In this document: positions 25,524 to 31,440 of the stretch, in pieces
How the letters are laid out: the number at the start of each line of letters is the position of its first letter
Position numbering within the stretch: position 1 is the stretch's first letter
Assembly (NCBI GenBank): GCA_003231035.1
Contig: QIHU01000122.1
Coordinates: 1-33,776 of the forward strand
Length of the DNA: 33,776 nucleotides
DNA from: Acidobacteriota bacterium
GTDB taxonomy: Bacteria > Acidobacteriota > Thermoanaerobaculia > Multivoradales > SZUA-115
Reading direction: 5' to 3'
The notes under the pieces: generated by a model
Databases searched by the model: none
Told to the model about the DNA's origin: nothing
What the model saw: the letters and a program-made list of their open reading frames with translations, nothing else
Translations under genes and position numbers: made by a program

Positions 25524-26076
25524 ACTCCTGCGCCAGTTGGTCGAAACCCTTGAGCGGCTAAACCTCACCTACCTCATCACCGGGTCGATCGCGACCATTC
25601 TCTACGGTGAGCCACGGTTCACCAACGACATTGACGTAGTTGTCCAACTCTCGCTGGATCAAGCGGAAACTTTGGTCGAGTCCTTCCCAGCAAGCGAGTT
25701 CTACGCCGATGTCGAACAGGTTCGGTTGGCTATCGCCCGCAAGGGCCAGTTCAACTTCATTCATCCGGCCTCTGGCTTGAAAATCGACTTCATGGTTCCA
25801 TCCATGGATGAGTTCGATCAGAGCCGCTTCGCACGAGCCAAAAAGTTGTGGCCCGTGGATGACCTCCAGGCTAATTTCGCGGCACCGGAGGACGTCATCG
25901 TGAAGAAGTTGCAGTACTACGCCGAAGGCGGTTCCGAGAAACACCTGCGCGACATTAGTGGAGTCCTGCGGATCAGCTCGACCGAGGTCGACCGCGACTA
26001 CGTAGCAGAATGGGCTGAGTATCTCGGCGTCCGAGAGATCTGGGAACTGATCCTAGACCAGTTGCCTGTGCCCTGA
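25510..26076 (+). CDS. Pol-beta-superfamily nucleotidyltransferase-fold protein
   Basis: TGSIATILYGEPRFTNDIDVVV fits the minimal NTase motif G-S-x(9-13)-D-x-D. A third acidic residue occurs in GLKIDFMV. Length is 188 aa. Confidence 0.55.
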   Translation: MEQDELLRQLVETLERLNLTYLITGSIATILYGEPRFTNDIDVVVQLSLDQAETLVESFPASEFYADVEQVRLAIARKGQFNFIHPASGLKIDFMVPSMDEFDQSRFARAKKLWPVDDLQANFAAPEDVIVKKLQYYAEGGSEKHLRDISGVLRISSTEVDRDYVAEWAEYLGVREIWELILDQLPVP

Positions 26077-26155
26077 ACGCGGCCTCCACCGTTCTAGGGA
26101 CGCTCCTCATCCCCCGACTCAGCTAACCCGCCGAGTCACAGCTCCGCCCAGCTCT

Positions 26156-26461
26156 CTAGCGTGGATCGGCAAGGCGACCTAGAAACAGAACCGTTTCAGC
26201 CTGCCGATCTCGGATCAAGAATACAAACGGATGATCCGCGCGAAACAGCGGAGGCGGTGCCACGGGCATACCTCTCAAGGCCATGACCGAGGCGGTCGCG
26301 TCGGCGGCTTCGGTACCCTGCTCATCCACCTTGATGAACGCTTTGTGGAACGCCTTGGCTAGGTACAACTCCTCCCGGGGATCGGTTCGGCGGACCATGC
26401 CGGAAAAGTTGGCCTCTTCGCTAGAGAGCTGGCTTCCTCCCCCCAAAACCACGCCCCAAGA
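26156..26461 (-). pseudogene. serpin C-terminal remnant (about 100 of about 400 codons)
   Basis: ...ANFSGMV...LYLAKAFHKAFIKVDEQGTEAADATASVMALRGMP...FRADHPFVFLIRDRQAETVLFLGRLADP matches the serpin hinge/reactive-centre loop and the s4B-s5B signature. The frame is closed by a stop at 26464-26462. No serpin N-terminal sequence exists upstream, where the SagB-like gene ends at 26421. Confidence 0.7.
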
Positions 26462-27860
26462 TCATCTCCCCCACCGAACTCTCCTCCAAATAATCCGTCC
26501 CCACGGCCCCAGCAAAAAGATCCGCATTCCCCCCACCAATAGCACAAACACAAAGATCCATCGCGGAAGCAGAAAGGTAAAGCGTCTGCATCAAAACCCC
26601 AACATCCTTGAGAACCGTAGCGTAGGCCATCGAACCATACTTCCAAGAAACCCGGCCAAACCGAGCGGAAATCACCAAGAGCACCTGCACGGAGTCCACC
26701 ATCGAAGCCTGACAAGCCGAAGACAACAACCGGTCCACCTGCGCCGTACGCCCCGACAATCGGGTCAGTTGATGCTCCCCCGGCCGATAGTGATACAAAC
26801 CGGAAGCGAGCCCCCGACACCGATCCACCACCAAATAAAGCTCCAACTCCCAAGCCGCCCCGCCCCCCGGATAAACCCGCCGCGCCACCTCATAATCAAG
26901 ACCCGTGGAAACCCCGTCCGCCCGCGCCACCCGAAACAACAACTCCGACAAATCCTCCAGCGAAATCGCCGGCTCACCGTGCGCGCGCCGCGACTGCCGA
27001 GCTTCCATCACGGCAGTCAACGAAGGATCCTCCCGGGTCAATCGCGCCAAATCCGGGCACAGCAACTCCACCGTCTTCCCAGCCATCCGCGGCTTCAACG
27101 CCGGCAACGGCGCGGCAATCCCCCGCTGGCGGTACACCCCACCGTACGGACTGTCATGACGGCCAGCCCGCCCGCGCGAGTGCGCCAGCAAGTCGTGAAA
27201 CTCCCACCACCCGCGCGAGCCGCGATCCTCCTCACCTACCCCGTCATCATCGAGAATCGAGAGAAAACCGCCGTAGTGCAGTAACTCACAAAACTCTCGC
27301 GAAGCCGTCTCGCCCAGCGCTGGATCGGCGCGAGCGCCCCTCTCCTCCAGCGTCGTCGGCCGATCCAAAGCGGCCAACAACGCGCTAGAGGCAGTGTGAT
27401 GAAGAACGATCCGGGCCAGCGCCAGCGGCGACTCGATCACCAACCTCTTCCCCCGCCGACGCAAATAGGCAAAGCGCGAGAGGACGAAAGGCCGGTCGCC
27501 AAGCGGTGCACTGCTGAACGGACAGGCAGCGACCAACGGTAAGCAGGAGGCGAGCAGACTACCCCGCGGAGAGCCCCCAGCGCGCACCGTGCGCCGCAAC
27601 AGAAGCGCCTCGTGAAGCTCGAAGAGCAACCGGTACCAGCGCCGATAGCCGTCGTATCCCTCCGCGCGGCTCACTCTCGCCGCCATGTCCTCTTCCCTCG
27701 CCTCTCCTCCCCACAACCCACGCAGAGCTTCCGCCACCGCGCCAGAGGGAGGATCGATCAACAACTCACCGCGTGAATGGGCCAACCACCACGGCCCCGA
27801 TCGATGGTCCTGACGCAGCCGGCAACCGGGAACCAGCGAGAGCAGCGGTGAGAAGGTCAC
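26421..27860 (-). CDS. SagB/ThcOx-type (nitroreductase-fold) dehydrogenase-like protein with about 250-aa N-terminal extension
   Basis: The C-terminal half reads MEARQSRRAHG...RVYPGGGAAWELELYLVVDRCRGLASGLYHYRPGEHQLTRL...VLLVISARFGRVSWKYGSMAYATVLKDVGVLMQTLYLSASAMDLCVCAIGGG, which resembles SagB-type dehydrogenase domains. The GTG start shares GTGA with the kinase stop. Confidence 0.7.
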   Translation of the reverse strand: MTFSPLLSLVPGCRLRQDHRSGPWWLAHSRGELLIDPPSGAVAEALRGLWGGEAREEDMAARVSRAEGYDGYRRWYRLLFELHEALLLRRTVRAGGSPRGSLLASCLPLVAACPFSSAPLGDRPFVLSRFAYLRRRGKRLVIESPLALARIVLHHTASSALLAALDRPTTLEERGARADPALGETASREFCELLHYGGFLSILDDDGVGEEDRGSRGWWEFHDLLAHSRGRAGRHDSPYGGVYRQRGIAAPLPALKPRMAGKTVELLCPDLARLTREDPSLTAVMEARQSRRAHGEPAISLEDLSELLFRVARADGVSTGLDYEVARRVYPGGGAAWELELYLVVDRCRGLASGLYHYRPGEHQLTRLSGRTAQVDRLLSSACQASMVDSVQVLLVISARFGRVSWKYGSMAYATVLKDVGVLMQTLYLSASAMDLCVCAIGGGNADLFAGAVGTDYLEESSVGEMILGRGFGGRKPAL

Positions 27861-30800
27861 GGAGGGTTCGAGGACGAGACCAGCGCCGCCTCGGCTTCGC
27901 GCACCAACGCCAGCAGGTCCGCGAGAGGCTTCTCCAGATAGGGTGGGAGTTCACCACGGGCCCGAGTTTCTTCCAACACAGCCCGTGTTTTGAGGAAGTT
28001 CTCGCGGCTTTCAACCAACAACGGAGAATATCGAGCGCGGCCGCGAATCGAACTCAGATGGGGGCTCAGGAGCAAGTGCTCATAGGGTGGCAGCATGTCC
28101 TCTTGAGCCCGAAACTCCAGCAGCTCCAAGGCCGTCTCATCGCGTCCGAAGCGAGCTAAGTGCGCCGCCACGTTGTTGGTGGAAGTCTGCCAACGAGAAA
28201 ACGGAAACTCGCCACGGGCCAGCGACAGCAAGCGAGAGGCCGCCGCATCCGCCGCACTCCGGTCACCGGCCTGCGAGGCGATACTGAAGCTAGCAAAGGT
28301 ACGCGGTAGGTCGAGCCAAAGAGGTCTCAACACTCCAAGGATGACCAGCGGTTCGAGGCTCTCGTCGATCAGACGCAACGACGCCTCCTCCTCAAACTGG
28401 CTGAGCACAATCGCTTGGGTCATCAGACCGAAGGGAGACTCCGGTTCAATATCGAGGGCATAGTCCACCCGCGCCTTGGCCTCCTCCCAGCGGTCGAAAC
28501 CGATGAGCACGAGACTCTCGAACAACGGTGAGGTCACCACCAGCGGTTCGACGCGTGAGGCCTGCTGAGCCGCCGCCAAGGACAGTCGAGGCGAAAAAGC
28601 GACCAGCGGGGCAGCCAGACGATTCTGCGCATAGCCATCTCGGGGCCCGTAGGCGGCCGCTTTGAGTGCAAACCGGAGCTTGCGATGGCGACTCTCCTCC
28701 GACCGGCTTCCTTCGAGCTCGGCGCGCACCGCCCAGCCACGACTGGAACGAGGATTGGCTTTCAGAGCACGATCGACCCAGAACTTAATCTCGGGCTGTA
28801 CTTCAAGAATCGAGACGTTGTACGCCATACTCGCCGAGTGCACCACCGCGATCTCCGCCGCCGCATCCGCTCGGGAGGGATCGAGTTCCAGGACGCGGCT
28901 AAAAGCAGCGATGGCTCTCTCCTTGTCGCCGTCGCGACCGCGATTGCGGTATAAATTGGAGTAGTAGAGACCTTGTTGGAGTTCACTCTCGGCCTCCAAG
29001 TTGTCCTCCTGGAGGACCGCTTTGACCAAGGAAAGCGCCTTGGGGCGCACCGCCTGGCGAATGTCTTCCGCCGCCTGCTGGACCAAGACGAGGTAGTCTT
29101 CGAACTGTCCCTGGTACTCCTGACTCCACAGCAACTTGTTGCCGGTAGCCTCGGCTAGCTGCACGTTGAGCACCATTCGGCCATCTTGTGAGCTGAGGGT
29201 TGACAGAACCATCGCGTTGACCCCGTAGGCCAGGGCCACCTTCTCCAAGTCACCATCCAGTTTGTCGATATCGACACTCGACGGTGGCACCTTGGTTTCC
29301 AAATCGTCCACCTGGCTGAGATGAGCCGAAAGGCTGTTGGGGATCGCATCGGTCAGGTAGGCAGCGGTGTCCTCGCCAAGTAGGCGGGTCGGCATCACCA
29401 CCAGCGAGTCAACGCCGGCCAAGCCCTTGGCCCCGAAGAGAACACTTCCCCCTCCCATCGCCAAGACCGCGACAAGCACCAACAGCAGCGCCAGGCCAGC
29501 GGCGATCCAGCCTCGACGACGCCTGGTCCGACTCCGTTGCGCCGCCGCCTGCCCTTCGATCGCGGTGATCGAGGTGGCGGCCGGAGGCGGAATCTCGGCC
29601 GCCAGCTGGCTAGCAACCTCCTCGGCGGAAGAGTTGCGTCGCGCTGGATCCTTCTCCAAACAACCCTGAACGATGCGATCCAACTCTGGCGACAAGGTCG
29701 AGCGCAGCGCACTCGGCTTCCGTGGCGGTTGGCGAAGAATTGCCTCGGTGAGTTCCTGCGCATCGTCCTCGGGAAACGGGCGCTTCCCCGTCGCCATCCA
29801 GTAGAGCAGCACTCCCAGGCTGTACAGATCGCTCTTCGCGCTCGGCTCGTCGCCAGAGATTACTTCCGGCGCCATATAGGCCAACGGCCCTTGGCCTCCG
29901 CCGTTCCCAGAGATCTGTGTACCGGCGTCGCCTTGCGTCGAGATCAACTGGCTGAGACCAAAGTCGATCACCTTCGCCTGGCCTTCCGGAGTCACCATCA
30001 CATTGCCCGCTTTGAGATCGCCGTGCAGCAAACCACTTCGGTGAGCCTGGGCCAAGGCGGCGGCGATCTGAGACCCCAGCCGAAAGACTTCAGGCTCGGG
30101 CATCGGCCCCGCTTCGAGCTTCGTCGCCAACGATTCGCCGGGCACGAACTCCATGACCAAATAGTCCAACTCCTCGGCCGAGCCAGAGTCGTACCAACCC
30201 GCGATATTGGGGTGACGAAGATTGCGCAGCGCCTCGCTCTCGCGGCGCAGCTGGGCAACCGCTTCTTCGTCTTCCAGCATTCCGGGGCGCAATACCTTCA
30301 ACGCCACATCGCACCCTTGGCGACGGTCCCAAGCTCGGTAAACTTCCGCCGTTGCCCCCGCTCCCAGACGCTCCACCACGCTGTAGGGGCCGAGGCGGCT
30401 CAAGTAGCCAAAGGTGGGACTGGTGCCGGTGCCGGCAGCCGGGATCGGAGCCGTATCCGGCTCCCCGCCGGGAGGCAGCTGTGGTGCCAGCATCGGGTGC
30501 AGAACATCGTCGAGTTCGATCCGAGCATCGGAGATCGAGTGCAGCCTTCGATCGGGATCTTTTTGCAAACAGCGGCCCAGTAGGGTGCGAATCGTCGGCG
30601 GCGTCTTCGCGGGAACCGCGTCCCAGTCCGGCGAGCCGTGCAGAATGTTCTCGAAGGTGTCGCGAGTGTTTTTCGCCTCAAAGGCCTTGAGACCCGACAG
30701 GCACTCATAGAGCAGGCAGCCGAAGGCCCAGATATCAGCACGATTGTCCACCGGCTGATCGCGCAGCTGCTCGGGGCTGATGTAGGCCGGGGTCCCCACC

Positions 30801-31363
30801 ACCGTTCCAATCGCGGTCAGATCGCTGGAACTCTCGAGACGGTTGCCAGACATGTCCTGCAGCACGGATGTCAACTCGGGGTCCTGTGCCGCCAGGGCCT
30901 TGGCGACGCCGAAATCCAGCACCTTGACCCAGCCGTCGTCGCCGACCATCACATTCGCTGGCTTCAAGTCGCGATGGATAATCCCCCGCTTGTGGGCCGC
31001 TTCGAGCGCTTTGGCGATCTGACTTCCGACCCGCATCGCCTCGAAGACAGACAGGCCCACGCCACCAAGAACATCCCCTAGCGTTCTCCCCTCGACCAGC
31101 TCCAGAACCAGAAAGCGAATCCCTTGGTCCTCTTCGAGGCCAAAAAGGGTCGCGATGTGTGGGTGGTTGACTGAAGCTAACAGCACCGCCTCACGACGAA
31201 ACCGCTCCATGGCCACGCTGTCTTGAGCTAGCCGGGTGGGCAAGACCTTGAGCGCGACATCGCGTTCCAGCTCGGCATCGCGAGCTCGATAAACCTCACC
31301 CATACCACCCGCGCCAAGGCGTGAGATGACCGTATACCGGCTGAGAGTTTGGCCGCTTTCCAA
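27857..31363 (-). CDS. membrane-anchored tandem Ser/Thr protein kinase with extracytoplasmic TolB-N-like/TPR-like sensor region
   Basis: Kinase 1 (aa 10-287): GAGGMGEVY, VALKVL, HRDLKPANVMV, DFGVAK, YISPEQ. Kinase 2 (aa 327-587): GAGATAEVY, VALKVL, HGDLKAGNVMV, DFGLSQ, YMAPEV. TM helix at aa 618-642 (GWIAAGLALLLVLVAVLAMGG). The roughly 520-aa C-terminal region has helical repeat character. TTG start. Confidence 0.9.
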   Translation of the reverse strand: MESGQTLSRYTVISRLGAGGMGEVYRARDAELERDVALKVLPTRLAQDSVAMERFRREAVLLASVNHPHIATLFGLEEDQGIRFLVLELVEGRTLGDVLGGVGLSVFEAMRVGSQIAKALEAAHKRGIIHRDLKPANVMVGDDGWVKVLDFGVAKALAAQDPELTSVLQDMSGNRLESSSDLTAIGTVVGTPAYISPEQLRDQPVDNRADIWAFGCLLYECLSGLKAFEAKNTRDTFENILHGSPDWDAVPAKTPPTIRTLLGRCLQKDPDRRLHSISDARIELDDVLHPMLAPQLPPGGEPDTAPIPAAGTGTSPTFGYLSRLGPYSVVERLGAGATAEVYRAWDRRQGCDVALKVLRPGMLEDEEAVAQLRRESEALRNLRHPNIAGWYDSGSAEELDYLVMEFVPGESLATKLEAGPMPEPEVFRLGSQIAAALAQAHRSGLLHGDLKAGNVMVTPEGQAKVIDFGLSQLISTQGDAGTQISGNGGGQGPLAYMAPEVISGDEPSAKSDLYSLGVLLYWMATGKRPFPEDDAQELTEAILRQPPRKPSALRSTLSPELDRIVQGCLEKDPARRNSSAEEVASQLAAEIPPPAATSITAIEGQAAAQRSRTRRRRGWIAAGLALLLVLVAVLAMGGGSVLFGAKGLAGVDSLVVMPTRLLGEDTAAYLTDAIPNSLSAHLSQVDDLETKVPPSSVDIDKLDGDLEKVALAYGVNAMVLSTLSSQDGRMVLNVQLAEATGNKLLWSQEYQGQFEDYLVLVQQAAEDIRQAVRPKALSLVKAVLQEDNLEAESELQQGLYYSNLYRNRGRDGDKERAIAAFSRVLELDPSRADAAAEIAVVHSASMAYNVSILEVQPEIKFWVDRALKANPRSSRGWAVRAELEGSRSEESRHRKLRFALKAAAYGPRDGYAQNRLAAPLVAFSPRLSLAAAQQASRVEPLVVTSPLFESLVLIGFDRWEEAKARVDYALDIEPESPFGLMTQAIVLSQFEEEASLRLIDESLEPLVILGVLRPLWLDLPRTFASFSIASQAGDRSAADAAASRLLSLARGEFPFSRWQTSTNNVAAHLARFGRDETALELLEFRAQEDMLPPYEHLLLSPHLSSIRGRARYSPLLVESRENFLKTRAVLEETRARGELPPYLEKPLADLLALVREAEAALVSSSNPP

Positions 31364-31440
31364 TGGAACCTGTAGGAAGAATTTAGAGTGAGGTTGACTT
31401 TATCTCGTTCAAGGCAGCGGGCCAAGAGGCGACAGACGGT

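Noticed and set aside
26283-27284. 333-aa plus-strand ORF rich in Pro/Arg/Gln/His
   Set aside because: It is antisense to the SagB-like gene. Its extreme composition reflects the C/A-rich non-coding strand.
29537-30583. 348-aa plus-strand ORF
   Set aside because: It is antisense to the second kinase domain, which has complete kinase motifs on the minus strand.
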